Under the pieces are notes generated by a model that was given only the letters and a program-made list of their open reading frames with translations, was not told the origin of the DNA and made no database searches. This document shows, one piece after another, positions 38,610 through 47,101 of a DNA stretch of 64,000 nt; the first letter of the stretch is position 1, and the number at the start of each line of letters is the position of its first letter. Source of the stretch: Candidatus Eiseniibacteriota bacterium. Its GTDB lineage: Bacteria; Eisenbacteria; RBG-16-71-46. Where the stretch lies: contig JANMQY010000023.1 in the NCBI GenBank assembly GCA_031370785.1, positions 1 through 64,000 on the forward strand, read 5' to 3'. Both the position numbers and the translations under genes were made by a program.

Positions 38610-39763
38610 GCGCAGATGCGGCGCAGCCGCTCGAGGGCCTGATGGTCCTCGACCTGTCGAGGGTGCTGGCCGGGCCGTACGCGACGCAGCTGCTCGGGGA
38701 CCTGGGCGCGGAGGTGTGGAAGATCGAGCGCCCCGGCACCGGCGATGAGACCCGCGCATGGGGTCCGCCGTTCGTGGCCGGCGAGTCGACCTACTTCCTG
38801 TCGGTCAACCGCAACAAGCGGAGCGCCGCGCTCGATTTCGAGGACGCCGGCCATTGCGCGGCGCTTCGCCGGGCCGCGGCCGCCGCCGACATTGTGGTCG
38901 AAAACTTCCTGCCCGGAGACCTCGCCCGATTCGAACTGGACGCGGCCTCCCTGCGGAGAGCCAAGAGCGATCTCGTCACCTGCTCGATCACCGGCTACGG
39001 GCAGGACGGCCCCTACGCGATGTTCCCGGGATACGACGCGGTGCTGCAGGGGTTCACCGGGCTGATGAGCATCACCGGTGAGGCCGGAGAAAAGCCGCTC
39101 AAGGTGGGAGTGGCGCTGGTCGATGTGCTCACCGGCGTGCACGCGGCGGCCGCGATGCTCTCAGGCCTGATCGGGCGCCTGCGCGGGCGTGGCGGCTCCT
39201 CGATCGACATCGCCCTTTTTGAAGTGGGTGTGGCCTCGCTGGTCAACGTCGCCCAGGCCGCGCTCGCGACCGGCGAGCCCGCGCGGCGCCACGGCAACGC
39301 GCATCCGCACATCGTGCCCTACCAGACCTTCGAGGCGGCGGACGGCGCCATGGTGATCGCGGTCGGCAACGACGCGCAGTGGCGCCGGCTGTGCGAGGCG
39401 CTCGAGCTTGGGGCCCTGGCAGCGAATGGGCGGCTCGCCGCGAACCCCGGGCGCGTCTCGGCGCGCGCCGAGGTGACCGGCGCGATCGCGGCGCGGCTCG
39501 TGTCGGGAACGCGCGCGCACTGGCTCGAGCGCCTGCGGAAGGCTCGCGTTCCGGCCGGGCCGGTGCGCGATCTGCACGAGGCGGTGCGGGACCCGGCGCT
39601 GCGCGAGCGCGGCATGGTGCACGGCGCGCCGCCGGCGGGCGGGGGAGTCTCCTCCGAGCTGTTCGCCCTGCCGTGGCTGGCCGACGGCGCGCGCGCGCCG
39701 CTGCGCCTGAAGCCACCCGCGCTCGGTGCACACACCTCGGAGTTCCTCGCGCGTTTCGGGTAA
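38606..39763 (+). CDS. CoA-transferase family III (CaiB/BaiF). Probable CTG start overlapping the upstream stop; first ATG is 38642.
   Basis: PLEGLMVLDLSRVLAGP, GDETRAWGPPF, NRNKRS, ENF, GYD. Confidence 0.88.
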   Translation: MSADAAQPLEGLMVLDLSRVLAGPYATQLLGDLGAEVWKIERPGTGDETRAWGPPFVAGESTYFLSVNRNKRSAALDFEDAGHCAALRRAAAAADIVVENFLPGDLARFELDAASLRRAKSDLVTCSITGYGQDGPYAMFPGYDAVLQGFTGLMSITGEAGEKPLKVGVALVDVLTGVHAAAAMLSGLIGRLRGRGGSSIDIALFEVGVASLVNVAQAALATGEPARRHGNAHPHIVPYQTFEAADGAMVIAVGNDAQWRRLCEALELGALAANGRLAANPGRVSARAEVTGAIAARLVSGTRAHWLERLRKARVPAGPVRDLHEAVRDPALRERGMVHGAPPAGGGVSSELFALPWLADGARAPLRLKPPALGAHTSEFLARFG

Positions 39764-39775
39764 GATGCCCGGTCG

Positions 39776-41071
39776 ATGCGCACCCCGACACCCCATCCTC
39801 GAGAAACCGCGGGACCGATGAACCGAACAGCGGCGAAAGCGCCCCGCGCCGGCGCTCGATCCCGGCTGGCGCCCACTGCGTTCGCTCTCGCGGCCGTGCT
39901 CGCCTTCACGGTTGCGACCTCCGCGCGAGCCGATGTCACGTTCGCCAACTCCGACAGCGTCTACCTGGTCGGCGAGTTCGTGGACCCGGTGTGCCTGTTC
40001 CAGCACAACATGCACGGCGCCTCGGCGAAGCAGTGCGCGATGGTGCGCGGCCGGGTCGAGCAGGGGATGGGCTTCCTCGACATTCGCCGCCGCCAGTTCT
40101 TCACCGTGGTGGGCCAGAACCACTGGCAGGATCCACGCGCCGGCTTCCTCGATGCGCTCGGGGAAACTCTGGTGATCAAGGCGCGGGTATGGAATCGCGA
40201 CGGTGCGGCCGCGATCATGGTGAACTCGGTCTACCCGCTCGAAAGCCAGCCGCTGGCCGCCTACGCGTGGTGGCCGTGGCGCTTCGAGTGGAGCGTGGTT
40301 GCCGGCTGCGCCATTCTCGCGCTGCTCTACCTGCTCGCGCTCACCCGCTGGCGCACCGCGCTCGGCGGCAGCGGACGGTTCGAGCGCGGCCGCGCGGCGC
40401 TGTTCCTCGCGGGTCTGGCGGTGGTCCTCGTGGCGCTGAACGGGCCGCTTCACGATCTGAGCGATGCCTACCTCTTCAGTACCCACATGATCCAGCACCT
40501 GCTGCTCTCGCAGGTCTTCCCGCCGCTTTTCCTGCTCGGACTCCCGCGCTGGCTGGCGCGCCGGGTGACCGCGTGGCCCCCGATTCGAAGGCCCTGGCGC
40601 TTCCTCTCCGGCATTCCGATCGGGTTTGCGATCTACACGCTGGTGTTCACCCTGTGGCACGTGCCGGCGCTGTATGACCTGATGATGCGCGTCCACGGCT
40701 TCCACATCGCGATGCACCTGATGGTCATGGCGAGCGCGATCCTGATGTGGTGGCCGGTCGCGGGAGGGGCCGCGGTCGAGAAGCCGCTCGGCGCGCCGGC
40801 GCAGATCCTCTATCTGGCGGTGATCGGAATTCCGATGATGCCGATCGCGGCGCTCATCACCTTCGCGGCACAACCGCTCTACGAGTGGTACGCGCTCGCT
40901 CCGCGCGCATTCGCTTCGCTGTCCGCGCTCGAAGACCAGCGCCTGGGCGGCCTGATCATGTGGGTGCCGGGGACACTGTTCTGGGTCCTTCCGATCACGG
41001 TGATCTACTTCCGGTACGCCGGCAGTGGGTCGCACTCCAACGACACGCTGGTGATCCCAACCGTCTCGTGA
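39776..41071 (+). CDS. CtaG-type (caa3) cytochrome c oxidase assembly protein with an extra N-terminal periplasmic domain
   Basis: LFSTHMIQHLLL, WHVPALYD, DQRLGGLIMWVPG, preceded by a signal peptide and a GEFVDPVC...KQC domain. Confidence 0.8.
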   Translation: MRTPTPHPRETAGPMNRTAAKAPRAGARSRLAPTAFALAAVLAFTVATSARADVTFANSDSVYLVGEFVDPVCLFQHNMHGASAKQCAMVRGRVEQGMGFLDIRRRQFFTVVGQNHWQDPRAGFLDALGETLVIKARVWNRDGAAAIMVNSVYPLESQPLAAYAWWPWRFEWSVVAGCAILALLYLLALTRWRTALGGSGRFERGRAALFLAGLAVVLVALNGPLHDLSDAYLFSTHMIQHLLLSQVFPPLFLLGLPRWLARRVTAWPPIRRPWRFLSGIPIGFAIYTLVFTLWHVPALYDLMMRVHGFHIAMHLMVMASAILMWWPVAGGAAVEKPLGAPAQILYLAVIGIPMMPIAALITFAAQPLYEWYALAPRAFASLSALEDQRLGGLIMWVPGTLFWVLPITVIYFRYAGSGSHSNDTLVIPTVS

Positions 41072-41206
41072 GCACGCGAGAGCGCGAGCCGCGGCCCCTC
41101 GCCGCATGCGCGGCCCCCCGGCGCACCCGGTTTGCGCGCCGCGCGCCGCCGGTGCGATAGTCGCGGAGAATTCCAAACCACCTCCGACTCCCGAAAGGAG
41201 CCCTGC

Positions 41207-42352
41207 ATGACCTCCGGAACCCCCGCGCCCGCACGCCGCGGTCTCGACGGCGTGGTCGCGGCCCAGACCCGCATGAGCCACGTGAACGGCACCGCGGGAG
41301 AGCTGATCATCGCCGGCTACGAGCTGAAGGAGCTGGCCGGACGCGTCAGCTTCGAGGAAGCGGCGTGGCTGCTGTGGCACGGTGCGCTGCCCAACCCGAG
41401 CGAGCTGGCGGGCATGCGCCGTGAGATCGCGGCCCAGCGCGCGATCGGCGTCACCACCCTCGACGTGATCCGCGCCGGATCCAAGGCTCCCCCGATCGAC
41501 GTGCTGCGCATGGCCTGTGCGACGCTGTCGCTCGACCTCGAGAGTCCGGACGACATCAGCCCCGCGGCCGACGCGAAGGATGCGATGCTGCTCACCGCGC
41601 GCTTTCCGACCATCGTCGCGGCCCACGCGCGAATCGCGGCGGGCAAGGACCCGATCCCGCCGCGTGCCGACCTCGGTCTGGCCGCGAACTTCCTGTACAT
41701 GGTGCACGGCAAGGAGCCGGATCCGATCGCCGCAAAGGCGCTCGACACCTACTGGGTGACGGTGATCGACCATGGCATGAACGCCTCGACCTTCGCCGCC
41801 CGCGTGATCGCCAGCACGCGGTCCGACATGGTGAGCGCGGTCACCGGCGCAATCGGCGCACTCAAGGGCCCGCTCCACGGCGGAGCGCCCGGCCCGGTGC
41901 TCGACATGCTGGTCGAGATCGGCACCGCGGAGAACGCCGAGAAGTGGATCCGCAAGGAGCTGGCCGAGGGGCGGCGGATCATGGGCTTCGGGCATCGCGT
42001 CTACAAGGTGCGCGACCCGCGCGCCGAGGTGCTGAGCAAGATGGCCGAGGAGATGGGCAAGGCGCACCTCGAGGATCGCCGCCTGTTCGACCTGGCGCGC
42101 ACCGTCGAACAGACCGCGCTCCGCGTGCTCGACGAGGTCAAGCCCGGGCGGAACCTGAAGACCAACGTCGAGTTCTACACCGCGCTCGTGCTGCAGTCGC
42201 TCGGACTCAAGCCGCGTGGCTTCGTCGCGATGTTCGCGTGCGGGCGCGTGGCCGGCTGGTGCGCGCACGTCATCGAGCAGCACGCGGAGGACCATCTGAT
42301 CCGCCCGCAGTCCGAGTACGTGGGGCCGCGCGGATTGAAGGTTGGGCGCTAG
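41207..42352 (+). CDS. Citrate (or methylcitrate) synthase, short CitA-type
   Basis: GLDGVVAAQT, DHGMNAST, GPLHGGA, MGFGHRVY, NVEFY (Glu at the usual Asp position, as in the CitA subgroup). Confidence 0.92.
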   Translation: MTSGTPAPARRGLDGVVAAQTRMSHVNGTAGELIIAGYELKELAGRVSFEEAAWLLWHGALPNPSELAGMRREIAAQRAIGVTTLDVIRAGSKAPPIDVLRMACATLSLDLESPDDISPAADAKDAMLLTARFPTIVAAHARIAAGKDPIPPRADLGLAANFLYMVHGKEPDPIAAKALDTYWVTVIDHGMNASTFAARVIASTRSDMVSAVTGAIGALKGPLHGGAPGPVLDMLVEIGTAENAEKWIRKELAEGRRIMGFGHRVYKVRDPRAEVLSKMAEEMGKAHLEDRRLFDLARTVEQTALRVLDEVKPGRNLKTNVEFYTALVLQSLGLKPRGFVAMFACGRVAGWCAHVIEQHAEDHLIRPQSEYVGPRGLKVGR

Positions 42353-43292
42353 CCCAGAGACCAAGGACGACCGGCGCGAGAAGCGCCAGCGTCGTCGCCG
42401 CCCGGGGCAGGGCGGCCTGCGGCACGCGCTGGTGTTCTTCTCGACCGGACTGATGATCTTCGTCATCGGCTCGACGTGGCTCGGGCTCTATCCGCCGGTA
42501 CCCATCGATCTGGGCGGGCTGCCCAACCTGGACTCGCGCGCCGAGCGCGTGAGCATTCCGGTCGGCGAGGATGACCACCTCGATGCATGGCTGCTTCCCG
42601 GCCGCCGGCCCGCGCTGGTGATTCTGCTCCATGGGTACGGGCGCGACCACACCAGCATGTGGTGCTACGCGCATTTTCTCCACGACGCGGGATATACCGT
42701 GCTCGCCGCGGACTTCCGATCGTCGCGTATCCGCGACCGCAAGCCGACCACGCTCGGATTCTGGGAGCAGAACGACGCGCGCGCGATCCTGGCCTGGGTG
42801 GCCCGACAGCCCGGCCTGCGCGAGGACCGGATCGGAATGATGGGCGAGTCGCTGGGCGGGAGCGTCGCGCTCTCGATCGCGCCCTCGCATCCGGAGGTGC
42901 GAGCGCTGGTGGTGGACAGCCCGTTCGCCACCGGGCATCGTGCCCTGTCGGATGGAGCGGAGCGCTTCTTCCACGTGGCTCACGAGCCGTTTGCGGCGCT
43001 CGCCCGATTCGCGACCATCGCGATCACCCACCACGATCCCTATGCGCTCGACTGCATCGCCGCCTGCGAGAGCCTGACCACGCGCCCGGTGTTCTTCATC
43101 CACTCGCTGCGCGACGACCGGCTGTCGCCCGATCAGAGCCGCGACCTGTGGCGCGCGACCGGTTCGAACGGAACTCTGTGGGTGGTACCCGTGGCCGGAC
43201 ACACCCAGGCCTGGGTCCGCCACCGCGCCGAGTACGAGCGCCGCGTGCTCGCGTTCTTCGCCGGGCCGCTCGGTTCCGGAGCAAGGAGATGA
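42342..43292 (+). CDS. Membrane-anchored alpha/beta hydrolase
   Basis: N-terminal TM helix, LLHGY, GESLGG nucleophile elbow, Asp in RDD, and AGH. Confidence 0.85.
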   Translation: MGASPETKDDRREKRQRRRRPGQGGLRHALVFFSTGLMIFVIGSTWLGLYPPVPIDLGGLPNLDSRAERVSIPVGEDDHLDAWLLPGRRPALVILLHGYGRDHTSMWCYAHFLHDAGYTVLAADFRSSRIRDRKPTTLGFWEQNDARAILAWVARQPGLREDRIGMMGESLGGSVALSIAPSHPEVRALVVDSPFATGHRALSDGAERFFHVAHEPFAALARFATIAITHHDPYALDCIAACESLTTRPVFFIHSLRDDRLSPDQSRDLWRATGSNGTLWVVPVAGHTQAWVRHRAEYERRVLAFFAGPLGSGARR

Positions 43293-44086
43293 GTGCGGAG
43301 GTCCGGCTCGGCACCCAGGGCTGGGCGTACCCGGACTGGATCGGCGTGTTCTACCCGCCCGGCGCGAAGCAGGAGGACTATCTCCCGTTCTACTCCCAGA
43401 TCTTCGACACGGTCGAGCTGGACACCACGTTCTACCATCCGCCGAAGAAGGCGGTCGTGCGCTCGTGGGAGAAGCGCGTACCGGCGCACTTTCGCTTCGC
43501 CGCCAAGCTGCCGCGCGCGATCACGCACGACGCACTGCTGCGCGGTGTGGCCGAGGAGCTCGCCGAATTCGTGCGCTCGCTCGAGCCGCTCGGGGAGAAG
43601 CTGGGGCCATTGCTCGCCCAGATGCCGGCCGAATTCACACGCGAACCGGACAGCGTCGCGACCCTGCGCTCGTTCCTCGAAAGCGTGCCGGAGGGGGTCA
43701 GGCTCGCGGTCGAGTTCCGCCACGCTTCGTGGCACGTGGCGGAAACCTGGGACGTGCTCAGAGTCAGTCGCGCGGCGGTGGCGTGGACCTCGTGGCGCGA
43801 GCTGCCGCGCGTGACCGAGGTGACCGCCGATTTTCTCTACCTGCGCTGGCTGGGCGACCGCAGGGAGATCGAGAAGTACGATCGCGTGCAGGTCGACCGC
43901 TCGGATGAATTCGAAGCGTGGAAGCCGGATCTCGAGCGCGTGCTGCCCGAGGTGCGCGAGATCTACGGGTACTTCAACAACCACTGGGCCGGCCACTCGC
44001 CGGCCAGCGCCAACGAGATGAAGCGGCGCCTCGGACTGATCTCGGTGGAGGCGAAGGAACGCTGGCCGCAGCGCGAGATCTGGTAG
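43289..44086 (+). CDS. DUF72 family protein
   Basis: GTQGWAYPDW, VELDTTFY, QMP, AVEFRH.SW, YLRWLG, YFNNH. Confidence 0.92.
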   Translation: MSAEVRLGTQGWAYPDWIGVFYPPGAKQEDYLPFYSQIFDTVELDTTFYHPPKKAVVRSWEKRVPAHFRFAAKLPRAITHDALLRGVAEELAEFVRSLEPLGEKLGPLLAQMPAEFTREPDSVATLRSFLESVPEGVRLAVEFRHASWHVAETWDVLRVSRAAVAWTSWRELPRVTEVTADFLYLRWLGDRREIEKYDRVQVDRSDEFEAWKPDLERVLPEVREIYGYFNNHWAGHSPASANEMKRRLGLISVEAKERWPQREIW

Positions 44087-44089
44087 TCG

Positions 44090-44770
44090 CTAGCGGTTTC
44101 CCGCCTGGACCCGTCCGCCGCTCAGCGCCCTGACCGCATCCGGCGCCTGACACGACGCGTCACCGTAGTCGACCCGCACCCGGCCGAGGGCGGTCGCGAC
44201 CCCGAGGGCGGTACGCTTGAGCGCCGGGTTTCGCGAGCCGATTGCGATCAGAGCGTTGTTCATCGCTTCCTTCACCCAGTTCTCCTCGTGTTGCAGCCGG
44301 CGCTGGATGCCGGCGAGGTAGGGAATGAACCATGCGTTGGCGAGGGCCGTCTCGCTCTTCGCGAGCGATTCGAGCAGGGACCAGCCGGCACGGCGCACAT
44401 GATCGTCGGGGCTGCGGGTCCACGTCTCGAGCCTGGCCTGCGCGAAGGGCGTCTTCACGACCAGCTCCGAGACGAACTGGTCGGTGAGCAACCAGTAGGT
44501 GCAGTCGGTCACCCAGCGATCGATCAGCTCCTCGCTCATGAGGGAGGGATCGGCCACGAAGGTGGCCAGCAACCGGGCATCGAAGATGCCGCTGTCCCAC
44601 AGCGCGATCGCGAGCGCGTGATTCCTTCCCAGCTTCTTCGCGTACGCGTGAATCGGGGTGAGCCCGACGCCGTAGAAGCGCGAGGTGTCCATGCCGAGCT
44701 TCTTCCAGACCGCGATCGCGCGCGAATCGCCGAGCGCCTTGAGCTCTTCGAGAACCGCTTCAACCTTCAT
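44090..44770 (-). CDS. DNA alkylation repair protein (AlkD-like HEAT-repeat family)
   Basis: YGV, LAIALWDSGIFDARLLA, W..D, VKEAMNNALIAIG, VDYGDASC. Confidence 0.8.
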   Translation of the reverse strand: MKVEAVLEELKALGDSRAIAVWKKLGMDTSRFYGVGLTPIHAYAKKLGRNHALAIALWDSGIFDARLLATFVADPSLMSEELIDRWVTDCTYWLLTDQFVSELVVKTPFAQARLETWTRSPDDHVRRAGWSLLESLAKSETALANAWFIPYLAGIQRRLQHEENWVKEAMNNALIAIGSRNPALKRTALGVATALGRVRVDYGDASCQAPDAVRALSGGRVQAGNR

Positions 44771-44822
44771 GTCAGCACTCCCTGGCCAGGGAAAGGCAGG
44801 CCCCCGGGCGGCACACCGGGAA

Positions 44823-45461
44823 CTAGTTGCCTCCGCCCTTCGATTCGCGGCCGGTGACGGTCTGAATGGCACGCACGGCGGCGTCGCGCGCGGCGTCGAT
44901 CTGCGCCTCGGGACCGGACAGATAGAGCCGTCCGTAGGCGCCGAAAAGTGAAGCATCGATGAGCTTGACCCGCGCGGCCTTGAGTGCCTCGTTGGCGGCA
45001 AACGCGACGTAGCCGGCGGGCTCGGTCTCGAAGATGAAGAGAGACTCGCCGGCCAGGAGCATATCGCCGTAGCGGCTCTTGTTGATGACCTGCGCGTGAT
45101 AGGACTCGACTCCCCGGATGATCTGGTCCGAAACCACGCGCGGCTTGACCCGGTCGGATTCTCCGATGCCGAGATGAGCGAGCACCGACTGCCCCGCGAT
45201 CTGCACCTGGCCCTTGTCGCCGTGGTGAAATTCGAGCAGACCGAACGCGCGCTCGACTACCATGATCGCGGGCGTCACCTGGGTGGCCTTGAGCGCCACG
45301 TCGGTGATCCGGTTGATGATCAGGCCGGGCGCGGTCTCGATGAACATCGAGGCGTCGCCGGGCACGGGCAGGAAGCCGCGTGCGGTCGTGCCGATGAACG
45401 CGGCGAGCTGGGACTGCAGACTGTCGAGAAAAACGTAGGTGCGCAGGGTCACGTCTGCCAT
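44823..45461 (-). CDS. Bacterial microcompartment shell protein, circularly permuted tandem-domain BMC-T (CcmP/CsoS1D-like)
   Basis: [64 protein letters not shown]. Confidence 0.9.
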   Translation of the reverse strand: MADVTLRTYVFLDSLQSQLAAFIGTTARGFLPVPGDASMFIETAPGLIINRITDVALKATQVTPAIMVVERAFGLLEFHHGDKGQVQIAGQSVLAHLGIGESDRVKPRVVSDQIIRGVESYHAQVINKSRYGDMLLAGESLFIFETEPAGYVAFAANEALKAARVKLIDASLFGAYGRLYLSGPEAQIDAARDAAVRAIQTVTGRESKGGGN

Positions 45462-45470
45462 AGGCGGCCG

Positions 45471-45499
45471 ACCTTAGCGGCGGCGGTCGCAGGCGTCAA
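45471..45499 (-). promoter_or_regulatory. Sigma-70-type promoter of the BMC-T gene (near-leaderless)
   Basis: Minus strand reads TTGACG-N17-TAAGGT, then 9 nt to ATG 45461, with no SD. Confidence 0.65.
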
Positions 45500-45533
45500 T
45501 GGCGGCGGCCCCGGATGGGTGCCGAGTCCGGCC

Positions 45534-45562
45534 TTGACGCTCCGGGGGCGCCGGAGCATATT
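45534..45562 (+). promoter_or_regulatory. Sigma-70-type promoter of satD-DUF3307
   Basis: TTGACG (45534-39), 17 nt spacer, CATATT (45557-62). The -10 box overlaps palindrome box 1. Confidence 0.6.
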
Positions 45563-45608
45563 CGCCCTCTGAAGGGCGAATCCCTGAATTCGCCCCCTGG
45601 AGGGTGAA
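45561..45608. repeat. Double-palindrome unit 1 (20+8+20 bp) upstream of satD
   Basis: TTCGCCCTCTGAAGGGCGAA-TCCCTGAA-TTCGCCCCCTGGAGGGTGAA, ending 3 nt before GTG 45612. Confidence 0.9.
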
Positions 45609-45611
45609 CGC

Positions 45612-46319
45612 GTGGAACCGCGAATCTGGCAGGTGCTGGTCGCCGATCTCCGATCCTCTCGCCGGATCCCGGACCGGCAGCGCCCGAGAATCGACAAGGC
45701 ACTGCAGCGCGCCGCGGCGCGAGTGGTCCACCGTTACGGAGACCACTTCCGTCTCAAGCCGCAGGTGCTGAAAGGCGACGAGCTGCAGGCGGTGCTGCGC
45801 GCGGATGCGCCGGCGCTCCATGTGGTGACCTATCTCCGGGCCCAGCTCGCGATCGCCGCCGGGATCCGGGTCGAGCTGCGCGCCGGGCTCGGGCGCGGCG
45901 AGATCCGGCGCCTGAGTACGAGCGGCCCGTTCGCCTCGGAGGGAGTCGCGTTTCACCGAGCGCGCACCGCGCTCGAGCAGGCGAAGCAGTCGGGAGGCGA
46001 TCGGCTCACCGCGTGGGTGTCGGGCGATCCGTTCTTCGACGAGCTCGCCGCGACGGTTCTCGCTCTGACCGACGCGTTTGCTTCGCGCTGGACGGTGCCG
46101 CAGTGGGAGGCAATCGCCGGGCGGATCGAAGAGAAGGCGCTGCAGGCGATCGCCCGCGACGCCGGCGTTGGCTTCCAGTCGGTCTCCAAGCGTCTGCGCG
46201 CGGCCTCGTGGAACGAAGTGGGCCAGGGCTATGCGCTGCTCGAGAAGATCGCGACGGTGGTCGGCAGCGGGCCCCGGGCCGGAGCCGCCCGCGCGACCAC
46301 TTCGCCGTCCAGAGGCTGA
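45612..46319 (+). CDS. SatD family protein (nucleotide-cyclase-like palm domain plus C-terminal HTH)
   Basis: VLVADLRSSR, KGDELQ, RAGLGRG, GVAFHRAR, WT..QWE, and HTH LQAIARDAGVGFQSVSKRL. Confidence 0.82.
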   Translation: MEPRIWQVLVADLRSSRRIPDRQRPRIDKALQRAAARVVHRYGDHFRLKPQVLKGDELQAVLRADAPALHVVTYLRAQLAIAAGIRVELRAGLGRGEIRRLSTSGPFASEGVAFHRARTALEQAKQSGGDRLTAWVSGDPFFDELAATVLALTDAFASRWTVPQWEAIAGRIEEKALQAIARDAGVGFQSVSKRLRAASWNEVGQGYALLEKIATVVGSGPRAGAARATTSPSRG

Positions 46320-46348
46320 ATCCGGGATTTCGCCCTCAGGAGGGTGAA
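46301..46348. repeat. Double-palindrome unit 2 (20+8+20 bp) spanning the satD stop and upstream of the DUF3307 gene
   Basis: TTCGCCGTCCAGAGGCTGAA-TCCGGGAT-TTCGCCCTCAGGAGGGTGAA, ending 3 nt before ATG 46352; 37/48 identical to unit 1. Confidence 0.9.
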
Positions 46349-46351
46349 GCG

Positions 46352-47101
46352 ATGAACCTGCCCGCGCCGCTGCTGCTCAAGCTGCTGACCGCCCACCTGG
46401 TCGGGGACTACCTGTTCCAGACCGATTGGGTCGCGGCACGCAAGCGCCGCTGGCCGGTGCTCGCGCTTCACGGGCTCGGGCACGCCGCACTCCTCGCCGG
46501 CGTGGTCCTCACCGAGCCCCGCGGTCCACGACTGATGCTGGCGCTGGCTCTCCTGCTGCTCGCGCACCTCGCGATCGACGCATGGACCAGCCGCAGCCGG
46601 AGCGAGGGCACGCTCACGCTTCTGCTCGATCAGAGCCTGCATGCGGCGACGATCCTCGCGGCGGTCGCCCTTGCACGTCCGTCGGAACTGGCCGGACTCG
46701 GCGACACGATCGGAGTCTGGCTCCAGGACGGCAGGACGTTCGCGGTGATCGCCGGCTTCGTCGCCGCGGTGTGGATGGGAGCGGTCGTGGTCGGACGCTG
46801 GGTGAAGCCGTTCGCGGATCGCATCACCGACGGGACCGTCGAGGGCAGGAGCGGGCTCAAGAACGCGGGGCGCGCGATCGGCATCCTCGAGCGTGGCCTG
46901 ATCTTCATCGCGATCCTCGTCGGTCTCGAGGCCCTGGTCGGATTCGTGGTCGCGGCGAAGGCGCTGCTCCGCCTGCCCGAAGCGCGTGAGCGCGCGAGCC
47001 GCGAGCTGTCCGAGTACTACCTGGTCGGCACGCTGGCCAGCGTGTTCTGGGCGGTGATGGTGAGCCTTCTCACGCGCTGGGCGGTGCGCGGCTCGCCATG
47101 A
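46352..47101 (+). CDS. DUF3307 family membrane protein (SatE-like)
   Basis: AHLVGDYLFQ, HGLGH, HLAID, DQSLH, AGRAIGILER, EYYLVGTL. Confidence 0.85.
   Translation: MNLPAPLLLKLLTAHLVGDYLFQTDWVAARKRRWPVLALHGLGHAALLAGVVLTEPRGPRLMLALALLLLAHLAIDAWTSRSRSEGTLTLLLDQSLHAATILAAVALARPSELAGLGDTIGVWLQDGRTFAVIAGFVAAVWMGAVVVGRWVKPFADRITDGTVEGRSGLKNAGRAIGILERGLIFIAILVGLEALVGFVVAAKALLRLPEARERASRELSEYYLVGTLASVFWAVMVSLLTRWAVRGSP

Noticed and set aside
45561..46348. satD-flanking palindromes read as a CRISPR array or IS ends
   Set aside because: There are only four degenerate 20-bp boxes with 8-bp spacers, and no cas gene, transposase or target-site duplication.
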